Positions 33,932-43,800 of a stretch of 44,875 bases of DNA are shown here, in pieces (the first letter of the stretch is position 1; each line of letters starts with the position of its first letter). Source of the stretch: a bacterium (GTDB lineage: Bacteria; Patescibacteriota; Minisyncoccia; Phycocordibacterales; GWA1-40-21); the NCBI GenBank assembly GCA_041308645.1, contig JBFZBC010000005.1, positions 1-44,875 of the forward strand, read 5' to 3'. The translations under genes and the position numbers were made by a program. The notes under the pieces are model-generated. The model searched no databases and had not been told where the DNA came from. It saw nothing but the letters and a program-made list of their open reading frames with translations.

Positions 33932-35029
33932 ATGATTCTAAATAAATTTTCAAATCTTTATAAAAAGTATGAAAAATATATTTCACCTATCGGTTTGATT
34001 TACGGATTTATCTTTACTTCACTCACGCTTACACGGGTGGATATGTTTTTGGAGAACTTTTGGATTGTGGTCCATCTTCTTATTGCTAGTTTTGGTATTA
34101 TTGCTATCACTTATTTTGAAAATCAGATATATTTAAAAAAACGTGGAGAGGAGGATAGGGAGAAATTTCATTTTTATTTAACCCTGTTGATTCAGTTTGC
34201 TTTTGGTGGTTTGTTTTCTACTTTTTTTGTTTTTTATATAAGGAGTTCATCTCTCATTGATAGTTGGTTTTTTATATTTTTGCTATTAGTTTTGCTGATC
34301 GGAAACGAGCTTTGGAAGAAACATTATCAAAGGTTGGCTTTCCAGGTCAGTATTTTTTTTATTTCCCTATATTTATTTTTTGTTTTTCTTTTACCTGTTT
34401 TATTTCACCGTTTAGGTGTTGATCTCTTTGTGTTAAGTGGAATTATTAGTTTGATAATTGTATTTTTCTTTACCAAGTTACTTCGAAAATATTCTGGAGA
34501 AAGATTTAAATTACATCATAATCCTTTAAGGATAAGTGTTCTTTCTATTTTTGTTATTATGAATTTACTATATTTTACTAATATTATCCCTCCGATTCCG
34601 TTATCTTTAAAAAATGCTGGTGTGTACCATGATGTTCTAAAAAATTATAGCGGAAATTATGAAGTAAGAGGTGAACCAGCTCTTTGGCAAGATTATTTCA
34701 ATCGATATCCAGTATTTCATAAGCAAGCAGGGGAAAACGTCTATGTTTTTAGTTCTATTTTCTCTCCAGTGAATTTTGCAACAGAAATTGTTCATCAATG
34801 GCAATATTACGATGAACCAAAAAGGGTTTGGGTAAACTCAAGTAAAATAATCTTGCCAATCAGTGGAGGTCGGGAGGAGGGTTTCCGTACTTATTCAATA
34901 AAACAATCAGCCACAGAGGGTTTTTGGCGGGTGAAAGTTATGACTTTAAGAGGACAAGTTTTGGGTAATATAAATTTTAAAGTTGAAGAAGTCTCTATCA
35001 GCCCAAATTTAATCAAAAAGATCTTTTAA
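33932..35029 (+). CDS. polytopic membrane protein with C-terminal DUF2914-like domain
   Basis: 365 aa. About 6-7 TM helices, then a soluble domain with ISGGREEGFRTYS...GFWRVKV, which resembles the DUF2914 signature as I remember it. Confidence 0.6.
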   Translation: MILNKFSNLYKKYEKYISPIGLIYGFIFTSLTLTRVDMFLENFWIVVHLLIASFGIIAITYFENQIYLKKRGEEDREKFHFYLTLLIQFAFGGLFSTFFVFYIRSSSLIDSWFFIFLLLVLLIGNELWKKHYQRLAFQVSIFFISLYLFFVFLLPVLFHRLGVDLFVLSGIISLIIVFFFTKLLRKYSGERFKLHHNPLRISVLSIFVIMNLLYFTNIIPPIPLSLKNAGVYHDVLKNYSGNYEVRGEPALWQDYFNRYPVFHKQAGENVYVFSSIFSPVNFATEIVHQWQYYDEPKRVWVNSSKIILPISGGREEGFRTYSIKQSATEGFWRVKVMTLRGQVLGNINFKVEEVSISPNLIKKIF

Positions 35030-35235
35030 TATTTGACTATTCTTTAATAATATAAATTTGTTAGTAGTTTTTTATATTTATCAACAAAAATGAATATATA
35101 TTCCAAAAATATAAGTATATGATATACTATATGTGTAGTATATTTATTAACCCTGCCTAAATTTTTATAAAATAAAAATTTAGGTGGGCGAATTTATTAA
35201 TTAATCGGAGGGATTACTCTCCAAAAAATAAAAAA

Positions 35236-35487
35236 ATGGCAGAGAAAAAAGTGTCAGCGTTTATGCAACCAAAGAAGTTGAGCCCTGAGTTAGAAGCAGT
35301 TGTTGGAAAAGGTCCAATGCCTCGTTCAGAAATTGTAAAGAAGTTGTGGGTATATATTAAGGGTAATAATCTTCAGGATGCTAAGGATAAGAGAATGATT
35401 AATTGTGATGCAAAGCTTAAGGCGATTTTTGGTGACAAGGTTCACATGATGAAAATGGCCGGCTTTATCGGCAAGCATATTTCCTAA
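35236..35487 (+). CDS. SWIB/MDM2 domain protein
   Basis: 83 aa. LSPELEAVVGKGPMPRSEIVKKLWVYIKGNNLQD...I.CDAKLKAIFG matches the SWIB consensus. Confidence 0.85.
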   Translation: MAEKKVSAFMQPKKLSPELEAVVGKGPMPRSEIVKKLWVYIKGNNLQDAKDKRMINCDAKLKAIFGDKVHMMKMAGFIGKHIS

Positions 35488-35512
35488 ATTTTAATCTAAA
35501 TAAGGTTTTGCA

Positions 35513-35548
35513 AAATCACCCTACTGTAAAAAGTGGGGTGATTTTGAT
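35513..35548 (+). terminator. rho-independent terminator after the SWIB gene
   Basis: atcaccctact / agtggggtgat stem with one G-U pair, followed by a T-rich run. Confidence 0.65.
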
Positions 35549-35647
35549 TTTATGGACAAAATTTGTTTTATTTGGTAATGTCTATTTTGGGTGTGGTTTT
35601 TTTCCACACATAACTAGATACAAAAGTACATTGAAAGGAACAGGAAG

Positions 35648-36664
35648 ATGAGTAAAAAAACGAAGGTGTTGTTGGTTGGTTTTGGCAATGTTGGACGGAG
35701 CATCATGAAAATACTTCCTCAGTATCCAGATATGGAAATGATTGGTATTGTCACACGGCGACCTGCGGATGTGAGCAAGGAGCTTAAGGGTGTTGATATT
35801 TATCGTCTCAATCAACCCAAGGCTTATCTGAGGTGTGGTGCAGATGTGGCTATTATGTGTGGTGGGTCAAAAAATGACTTACCTATGCAGACGCCATTTT
35901 TTGCCCATGACTTCAACGTGGTGGACAGCTTTGATACACATGGGCATATTGGGCCCTATGTTGATAAGGAAACTGGTCAACCAATGCTCGGTCATTTGGA
36001 AACGGTGGATATCATCTGCCGTCAGAGCAAGCATACCGGCCATATCGGTATTGGCTGGGATCCTGGAACTTTTTCCTTGATGCGCGCTTTGTTTGGGGTG
36101 GGAATGGCCGGATACAATGTGAATGCCTTTTATGGCCTTACTCCCAAGGGCGGCTTGAGTATGGGTCATACCAATGCCATCAAGGGAATTCCTGGTGTCA
36201 TTGATGCTAGGCAGTACACTCATGCCAATCTGGAGGCGATTGAGAGGATTCGTAACGGATTAAATCTTGAGCTGACTGATCGAGACATGCATTGGCGTGA
36301 ATGCAAAGTGGTGGCGCCTATGGACAATGATGTTCGTATGCGTATTGCAAATGTGATCAAGAGTATGCCGATCTATTTCGAACCTTATGACACGAAGGTT
36401 ACCTTTGTGTCTCAGGCCGAGTTGGATCTGGAAAAAGGTGATCTGTCGCATGATGGGCTGGTCATCATCTCCGGACCGACGGGATACATGGAGTTCAAGA
36501 ATGTCTGGAAGTCCAATCCTACTGGTACGGCAGGTTTCCTTCTGGCCTACGCCAGGGCAACTCATCGAGCTAATATGGCGGGGCGGTATGGTTGTTTAAC
36601 GATACTGGATACGCCAGTGGTTGATCTGCTCCCTGATCCTTCGGCAAGAGTGAGCCTGATTTAA
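35648..36664 (+). CDS. ddh: meso-diaminopimelate D-dehydrogenase
   Basis: 338 aa. N-terminal VGFGNVGRS and GIGWDPGTFS...GLSMGHTNAIKGIPGV align with the Corynebacterium Ddh sequence as I recall it (VGYGNLGRS; STGWDPGMFS...GLSQGHSDALRRIPGV). GC is about 47-53% in sampled lines. Confidence 0.85.
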   Translation: MSKKTKVLLVGFGNVGRSIMKILPQYPDMEMIGIVTRRPADVSKELKGVDIYRLNQPKAYLRCGADVAIMCGGSKNDLPMQTPFFAHDFNVVDSFDTHGHIGPYVDKETGQPMLGHLETVDIICRQSKHTGHIGIGWDPGTFSLMRALFGVGMAGYNVNAFYGLTPKGGLSMGHTNAIKGIPGVIDARQYTHANLEAIERIRNGLNLELTDRDMHWRECKVVAPMDNDVRMRIANVIKSMPIYFEPYDTKVTFVSQAELDLEKGDLSHDGLVIISGPTGYMEFKNVWKSNPTGTAGFLLAYARATHRANMAGRYGCLTILDTPVVDLLPDPSARVSLI

Positions 36665-36686
36665 TTAAGGCTCGTTTGAGAACACA

Positions 36687-36719
36687 CCGGTAGCTTAGCA
36701 ATAAGCTACCGGTTTTTTT
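36687..36719 (+). terminator. rho-independent terminator after ddh
   Basis: ccggtagctta-gcaa-taagctaccgg is a perfect 11-bp stem followed by ttttttt. Confidence 0.8.
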
Positions 36720-36781
36720 ATGTTATAATTTTATTGTGAAAATTATAGTAAAAGCAAAAACCAAGGCATAAAATATAAAAC

Positions 36782-36813
36782 AAAAAACCACGTCCTTGCG
36801 GAGGTGGTTTTTT
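36782..36813 (-). terminator. terminator after csp (bidirectional shape)
   Basis: ccacgtcc-ttgc-ggaggtgg stem flanked by an A run and a T run. Confidence 0.65.
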
Positions 36814-36849
36814 GTTTTGATAGTTATTGCAGGACGAACCTGCGAATAA

Positions 36850-37050
36850 TTATGCTTTGTTAACATTAACAGCTGCAGGACCCTTTGGGGTATCTTCAGT
36901 GTCAAATGATACAGCATCTCCTTCTCTTAGGTCAGCGAAAGCAACACCTGAAAGAGAATTGCTATGGAAGAATAAATCCTTCGCTAAGCCTTCTCCTGTG
37001 ATGAAGCCAAAACCTTTGTCAGAGACCAATTTTTTAATTGTACCGGTCAT
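36850..37050 (-). CDS. cspA: cold shock protein (CspA family)
   Basis: 66 aa. RNP1-like KGFGFI and RNP2-like region. Confidence 0.95.
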   Translation of the reverse strand: MTGTIKKLVSDKGFGFITGEGLAKDLFFHSNSLSGVAFADLREGDAVSFDTEDTPKGPAAVNVNKA

Positions 37051-37058
37051 TGATTTAC

Positions 37059-37142
37059 CCGTTAAAGTTTTAATTGATGGAAAATCAGAGATTTTCCTGG
37101 CATTAGGTTCAAAACCTAATGCGTCAGTTAAAATTTTTTCGG
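37059..37142. repeat. 84-nt three-stem structured element, copy 1 (inside the csp 5' UTR)
   Basis: P1 is 37059-37076 paired with 37125-37142. P2 is ggaaaatc-aga-gattttcc (37079-37097). P3 is g-cattaggtt-caa-aacctaatg-c (37100-37122). The second copy is at 44607-44690. Confidence 0.6.
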
Positions 37143-37229
37143 TTAATTAGTTTACTTAATAAAATACAAACGAATGTTATGTTTTAGAAAATGACTACTT
37201 TTCGAACCATACCTCTCTTTTGTAATTCA

Positions 37230-37258
37230 AGTATAGCATACTGTGTTATTCCTGTCAA
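37230..37258 (-). promoter_or_regulatory. sigma70-like promoter for csp (implies a ~170-nt 5' UTR)
   Basis: The minus strand reads TTGACA (37258-37253), 17-nt spacer, TATACT (37235-37230). Confidence 0.5.
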
Positions 37259-37280
37259 ATGGTAAAAGTGGATAAACCAC

Positions 37281-37309
37281 TTGACACTTATACTATTTTT
37301 GTTTAACAT
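37281..37309 (+). promoter_or_regulatory. possible promoter for rpoBC
   Basis: TTGACA (37281-37286), 17-nt spacer, TAACAT (37304-37309). It would give a ~280-nt leader. Confidence 0.3.
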
Positions 37310-37591
37310 AGTGTCACATTAGCAAGATTGAGTCACGGGGGAAAGATTTAGAAGTTATAATAATTTCACTTGCTTATCATAAGAAAAAGATAAATTTTAT
37401 CAAATTAAATGACGCCTTTGTCGGAGAGGTGTTTTTTGTCGTTTAGTGTGTTGATAAAGGAATAAATATAATCAAATTTTCTGCGCTTCACCCTTCCTGA
37501 GTATAGGTGGGTTCTATGCGACAAAAAATTTAACTATATTTCTTCCCTTAAAAAACAATTTATTAATTATTTTTAGAAGAAGAAAAAAGTT

Positions 37592-40500
37592 ATGAAATCA
37601 ATTATCAAAAGAGAGAAAAAATATTTTGGAAAGTTTAAGGCTCCTTTAATATCTAGTCCTAATATGGTTTCTCACCAAACAGAATCATTCAAGTGGTTAC
37701 TTGAAAAGGGTTTGGCCGAGGTTTTTAAAGAGTTTTCCCCAATTCGTGATTATGCTGAGAAAAAATTTGAGCTTTCTTTTTCTACTTTTGAGATTACTCA
37801 ACCAAAGTATGATGAACACTATGCTAAGGACAATAAAATATCCTACGAAGGTCAGTTAAAGGTTAAAGTAAAGTTAAAGAATAAGTTACTCAGCGTAGAT
37901 AAAGAGCAAGAGATTTTTTTAACTGATATTCCTCTAATAACGAATCATGGAACTTTTATTATAAATGGTATTGAAAGAGTAATTGTCCCTCAGCTAGCAC
38001 GTTCTTTCGGTATGTTTTTTACCTCAAATGAAATTAAAGGTAAAAGATATTTTGGAGCAAAAATTATACCTTCTCGAGGAGTCTGGATTGAAATTGAATC
38101 TGATGCGGATGATTTAATTTACGTTAAAATTGATAAAAAAAGAAAGTTTTCAATTACATCACTACTTAGGGTATTAGGTGCTACCGATAAGCAAATGTTG
38201 GAACATTTTAAGACCGATGAGTTATCCGCGAAAGCAATAGAAACAAATTTAGCTAAGGATCATGCTAAAACACTTGATGAATCATATATAGAAATTTATA
38301 AGAGACTTCGTGATGGTGATTTAGCTACTGCTGAAAATGCTAAAGAGTTTATCAACAGTATTTTTAATGCTGACCGTTATGATATTTCAAAGGTAGGACG
38401 TTTCCGTTTTAATAAAAGATTTGCTAAAAGTATGGACGTCAAGGAACTTGATCGTAAGACTATAAATCTAGATGACATTTTTACTATTATTTCAAAAGTA
38501 GTATCTCTTAATCATTATGAAGATGCTATTGAAGATGATATTGACCATTTAGGTTCAAGGCGTGTTCGTTTTGTCGGAGAACTTTTCCAAGCAAAAATAA
38601 GGATTGGAATGTCTCAAATGAAGAGAAATATTCAAGACAGAATGTCTACAGTGGAGCCAGATGTAACAATGCCGATTTCTTTTGTCTCTCCTCGACCACT
38701 CCAGGCTAGAATAAAGGAATTTTTTACCACCAACCAGCTATCACAGTTTATGCAGCAGGAAAATATTTTGCAGGAGATTGAACATCTTCGAACACTGTCA
38801 GCTCTAGGTCCAGGTGGTTTGACTAGAGAACGTGCTGGTTTCGAAGTTCGTGATGTACATCCATCACACTACGGCCGAGTCTGTCCGATCCACACACCTG
38901 AAGGACCAAACATTGGTTTGATCTTAAGACTTTCTGTTTACGCTAAAGTCAATGATTTTGGTATGATTGAAACTCCCTACGCTAAAGTAAAACATGGTGT
39001 TGTTACAAATGAAATAAAATATTTAAACGCTCTAGAGGAAGAAAATTTTAAAATTGCTCATGCCGCTACCCATACTGACGAGAAGAATAAAATAATTGAT
39101 GACGAGGTTGAGGTTCGTGTTAATGGGGAGCCAACTGTCGTTAAGAGTAATGAAGTGGACTTTATGGACGTGTCTACTAATCAAGCTTTTTCTATTGCAA
39201 CATCCATGATTCCGTTTCTAAATCACGATGATGCTAACCGAGCACTCATGGGTTCTAACATGCAGAAGCAGGCAGTACCATGTTTGAGACCAGAGGCACC
39301 ATTAGTGGCTACTGGTATTGAAGAGGAGGCGGCAAAGTATACTGGACGTTTGATTTATGCTGAAGAAGCGGGTGAGGTAACATACCTTGATTCAAAAAAA
39401 ATCATCATAACTAATGATAAAAATAAAGATAAAGAATATAATTTAATTCAATATTCTCGAACAAATAGTTTTACTGTTTTTCATCAAAGGCCGGTAGTTT
39501 CTTTTGGTCAGAAGGTAAAAAAGGGAGAACTTTTAGCTGATACTTCCTCATCTGATAAAGGTCAAACTTCAATCGGTCAAAATATTTTGATTGCCTTTAT
39601 GTCTTGGTCAGGTTCAAACTACGAAGATGCAATTATTCTTTCAGAGCGACTAGTAAAAGATAGCAAGTTTACCTCAATTCATATTGAAGAATTTGTTGTA
39701 AATGTTCGTGATACTAAACTTGGACCGGAAGTAACTACTCATGATATTCCAAACGTTGGTGAAGCTAAATTAAAAAACCTGGATGAAGACGGTATAATTA
39801 GGATTGGTGCTGAAGTGAGACCAGGAGATATTATTGTTGGTAAAATCACACCAAAGGGTGAGACCCAATTAACCCCAGAGGAAAGACTACTCCGATCAAT
39901 TTTTGGTGAGAAGGCACGAGATGTAAAAGATACTTCTAAGAGATTGGAAGGTGGTAAAAAAGGTAGAATAATTTCTGTTAAAGTATTTTCTCGAGAAAAG
40001 GGTGATAAGCTAGAGAGCGGTATAATAAAGAAAATTTATATTGAAGTAGCTGAACTTAGAAGTATTTCTGTTGGAGACAAGTTATCTGGACGACACGGAA
40101 ACAAGGGAGTTATTTCTAAAATATTACCAGAAGAGGATATGCCTTGTATGCCAGACGGTAGACCTGTAGATTTGATTTTAACTCCACTTGGTGTGCCTTC
40201 TCGTATGAATCTTGGACAAATTTTAGAATTACACTTAGGTTTAGCAGCCAATACTTTAGGCTATCAAGCAATTGTTCCACCGTTTGCTGGAGCAACTGAT
40301 GCGGAAATTAAAGCTGAACTTGTAAAAGCCGGTTTTAAGGAAAGTGGAAAGATGAAACTTTATGACGGACGAACAGGTGAAAAGTTTAATCAAGAGATTG
40401 CTGTTGGTTATATGTATATTTTGAAACTACACCATGAAGTAGAAGACAAAATCCATATGCGTTCTATTGGACCTTACTCACTTATTACCCAACAACCATT

Positions 40501-40810
40501 AGGAGGGCGAGCTCAAGGTGGAGGACAGAGATTTGGAGAAATGGAAGTCTGGGCTTTACTTGGTCACGGTGCCGCTTATACCCTTAGAGAAATGCTTACT
40601 ATAAAGTCTGATGATATTGTGGGACGTTCTGCGGCTTTCGATTCTATTGTGAAAGGTGAGAGAATAAAACAACCAAACATTCCAGCTTCGTTTAACGTAC
40701 TTCTCAATAACTTGAGAGGATTAGGTCTAGACGTTGAACTTTTAAAAGACCCGTCCGACCGAGCCATCCGAGCGGGTAAAAAATCTTCCCGAGAAGATGA
40801 TGAAAGATAA
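37592..40810 (+). CDS. rpoB: DNA-directed RNA polymerase subunit beta
   Basis: 1072 aa. Conserved beta-subunit blocks throughout, e.g. GRHGNKGV and the ERFGEMEVWAL-like QRFGEMEVWAL. Confidence 0.97.
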   Translation: MKSIIKREKKYFGKFKAPLISSPNMVSHQTESFKWLLEKGLAEVFKEFSPIRDYAEKKFELSFSTFEITQPKYDEHYAKDNKISYEGQLKVKVKLKNKLLSVDKEQEIFLTDIPLITNHGTFIINGIERVIVPQLARSFGMFFTSNEIKGKRYFGAKIIPSRGVWIEIESDADDLIYVKIDKKRKFSITSLLRVLGATDKQMLEHFKTDELSAKAIETNLAKDHAKTLDESYIEIYKRLRDGDLATAENAKEFINSIFNADRYDISKVGRFRFNKRFAKSMDVKELDRKTINLDDIFTIISKVVSLNHYEDAIEDDIDHLGSRRVRFVGELFQAKIRIGMSQMKRNIQDRMSTVEPDVTMPISFVSPRPLQARIKEFFTTNQLSQFMQQENILQEIEHLRTLSALGPGGLTRERAGFEVRDVHPSHYGRVCPIHTPEGPNIGLILRLSVYAKVNDFGMIETPYAKVKHGVVTNEIKYLNALEEENFKIAHAATHTDEKNKIIDDEVEVRVNGEPTVVKSNEVDFMDVSTNQAFSIATSMIPFLNHDDANRALMGSNMQKQAVPCLRPEAPLVATGIEEEAAKYTGRLIYAEEAGEVTYLDSKKIIITNDKNKDKEYNLIQYSRTNSFTVFHQRPVVSFGQKVKKGELLADTSSSDKGQTSIGQNILIAFMSWSGSNYEDAIILSERLVKDSKFTSIHIEEFVVNVRDTKLGPEVTTHDIPNVGEAKLKNLDEDGIIRIGAEVRPGDIIVGKITPKGETQLTPEERLLRSIFGEKARDVKDTSKRLEGGKKGRIISVKVFSREKGDKLESGIIKKIYIEVAELRSISVGDKLSGRHGNKGVISKILPEEDMPCMPDGRPVDLILTPLGVPSRMNLGQILELHLGLAANTLGYQAIVPPFAGATDAEIKAELVKAGFKESGKMKLYDGRTGEKFNQEIAVGYMYILKLHHEVEDKIHMRSIGPYSLITQQPLGGRAQGGGQRFGEMEVWALLGHGAAYTLREMLTIKSDDIVGRSAAFDSIVKGERIKQPNIPASFNVLLNNLRGLGLDVELLKDPSDRAIRAGKKSSREDDER

Positions 40811-40839
40811 TTAAAATCATTAACCAATAAAATAAAAAT

Positions 40840-43800
40840 ATGAATACAAAAAATAAAAATGTTGAGTTCAATGATTTTGATGCCATCTCCCTCAGAGTTG
40901 CCTCACCGGAAGTTATCAAAGGTTGGTCATATGGTGAAGTTACTAGACCAGAAACTATTAACTACAGAACTCAGAGATCTGAGAAAAGCGGTTTATTTGA
41001 TGAGAAGATTTTTGGTCCAGATAAAGATTATGAATGTTATTGTGGAAAATATAAAGGTATCCGTTATAAAGGAATTATTTGTGAAAAATGTGGAGTCGAA
41101 ATCACTCGTTCAATAGTTAGACGTGAGAGGATGGGTCATATTGAACTTGCTTCACCTGTTTCTCATATTTGGTTCTTGCGTGGTATTCCATCAAAGATCG
41201 GAACAATACTTGGTATGACCACAGCAGATTTAGAGAAAGTTATATATTTTGCTGGGTATATTATTAAAGTAACTCATGAATCAGAAAGAGAAAAAATATT
41301 GAAAGATATTGATAATGAATTTAAGCAAAAAATAAAAACAGTTCAAGATGAAAAAACTAAAGAGGCCTTAAAAGAACTTTTGATTAATGCTAAAAAAGAA
41401 GTAGAAAGTATTCGTGAAGGTGTGGTGGTGGATGAAGTCTTATATCATAAGTATTCAATGAAATATGGTTCACTTTTTGAAGCTTCAATCGGTGCGGAAG
41501 CAATATTTAGTATTTTAAAGAATTTAAAATTAGCTGATTTAGAGAAAAAAATTGAGCAACAGTTGGAGAAGGCCGGTTCGCTTGAAAGAGAAAAATTAAA
41601 TAAAAGAATTTCTCTTGTTCGTTCAATGAAAGAGGCTGGTGTTAAACCAGAATGGATGTTTCTTACTCGAGTACCAGTGATTCCGCCAGCTCTTCGACCG
41701 ATGGTGCCATTAGACGGTGGTCGTTATGCTACTTCAGATGTAAATGATCTTTATCGTAGAGTTATAAACAGAAATAATCGATTATTGAAATTAAAGGAAA
41801 TTAATGCTCCAGAGGTGATTCTTAGAAATGAAAAAAGAATCTTACAGGAAGCTGTTGATTCATTAATTGATAATTCAATTAGGAGTGGTAATGATGCTTT
41901 TTCCGCCGTCGGTAATTCACAAAAAAGAGCTCTTAAATCATTGGCAGATAACCTTAAGGGTAAACGTGGTCTTTTCCGTGCTAATCTTTTAGGAAAGCGT
42001 GTGGACTACTCAGGCCGTTCAGTGATTGTGGTTGGTCCAGAATTAAAACTTAATCAGTGTGGTTTGCCAAAAATGATGGCTTTGGAACTTTTCCGACCAT
42101 TTATTATTTCAGAATTATTAAAAAAGGAATTAGCCTTTAATATCCGTGGAGCTGGTAGATTGATTGACGATGGAATTCCAGAAGTTTGGTCAATTCTTGA
42201 AGAAATTATTGAAAATAAATATGTTCTTCTAAACCGAGCTCCAACTTTGCACCGTTTAGGTATTCAGGCTTTTAAGCCGGTCTTAATTGAGGGTTCTGCT
42301 ATTCAAGTGCACCCACTTGTTTGTACCGCTTTCAACGCTGACTTCGACGGAGATCAAATGGCGGTCCACGTTCCGCTTGGGGAAGAAGCTCAGATAGAAG
42401 CACATGAAATTATTGCAGCTGATAAAAATATTCTTAAGCCAGGAAACGGCGAGCTCACTGTGGCTTCAAAACTTTTGGATATTATCCTTGGTTGTTATTG
42501 GATGACGAAAGAAATGAAAGGTGAAATAGGTGAAGGTAAATATTTTTCTTCACCAAATAGTGCTATAACTACTTATGATTTTGGTGGTATATCTATTCGA
42601 GCAAAAATTCATGTTTTAGGTACCGATAAACCAAAGTATCAGCAATTTGAAGGGAAACCATTTGAAACAACTGTTGGTAGATTACTTTTTAACTCTACCT
42701 TACCTTCAGATTATTTATTTATTAATAAAGAAATTACTAAAAAAACTATGGCGGTTATTTTAGATGATTTAATAAATAAATACGGCATTACTAATATTCC
42801 TAAAGTTCTAGACAAGATAAAGACTTTTGGTTTTAAATATGCTACTTGTTCTGGGGTCACTTGGGGAATGGATGACTTGACTATTCCTGTTGAAAAACCA
42901 GCTGTTATTGCTGAAGCAAAGAGGAAATCATTTGAAGTATTAAATTATTTTAATGAAGGACTTTTGACCGAAGAAGAGAAACTTAGAAGGAATATTGAAA
43001 TTTGGCATGGAGCAAAAAATGATTTGGAAAAACTTATTCCAAAAACTCTTGATCCAAATGGTTCAGTTTCTGATATGTGGATGTCTGGTGCTCGTGGTTC
43101 TCTCGGTGCTGTTAATCAGATGTCTGGTATGAAGGGTTTGATTCAGAATACCGCTGGTGAGACTATTGAATTCCCGGTCATTGGTTCTATGAAGGAAGGT
43201 TTAACTCCTATCGAATATTTCATCACTACGCACGGTTCTAGAAAAGGTTTGACAGATACTGCCTTGAATACTGCAAAAGCGGGATATTTGACTCGAAGAC
43301 TTTTTGATGTCGCTCAAGATATTGTAATAACTGAAGATGATTGTAAAACTAAAGAAAGTATTTATATCAAAAATAATGGTGAGTTTGAAGCTGGAGTCTC
43401 AGTAGCAAAACATATTCGTGGAAGAATTTTAGCTAGCGATGTTGTAGATAAAGAAGGAAAAATCCTCTTTAAAAAAGGACATTTATTAAAGAAAGACGAA
43501 TCACAACAAGTAGAGATAGCTGGGGTTGGTGAGGTTTATGTTCGTTCGCCTTTGACTTGTAAAACTATCCACGGCGTCTGTGCTCAATGTTATGGATCTG
43601 ATCTTGGTCGGGGAGAATTGATTGGTCTTGGTGAAGCAGTAGGAACTGTGGCCGCTCAAGCTATTGGAGAACCAGGAACACAGCTGACAATGCGTACTTT
43701 CCACTCGGGAGGAGCAGCATCTGTTGGTGGAGACATTACTCAAGGTTTGCCTAGAGTAGAAGAAGTTTTTGAGAAGAGAAAACCGAAGAGTCCAGCTGTG

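Noticed and set aside
35879-36565. 114-aa and 101-aa minus-strand ORFs, plus small plus-strand ORFs (35835-36080, 36387-36599)
   Set aside because: They are shadow ORFs inside the GC-rich ddh gene. High GC suppresses stop codons in the other frames.
36827-37150. 107-aa plus-strand ORF containing ...IDGKSEIF..., which resembles the N-terminus of the ORF at 44591
   Set aside because: It overlaps csp in antisense and has no plausible start near the similar part. The shared peptide comes from the identical 22-nt core of the repeated 84-nt element, and the compensatory stem changes argue for nucleic-acid-level rather than protein-level conservation.
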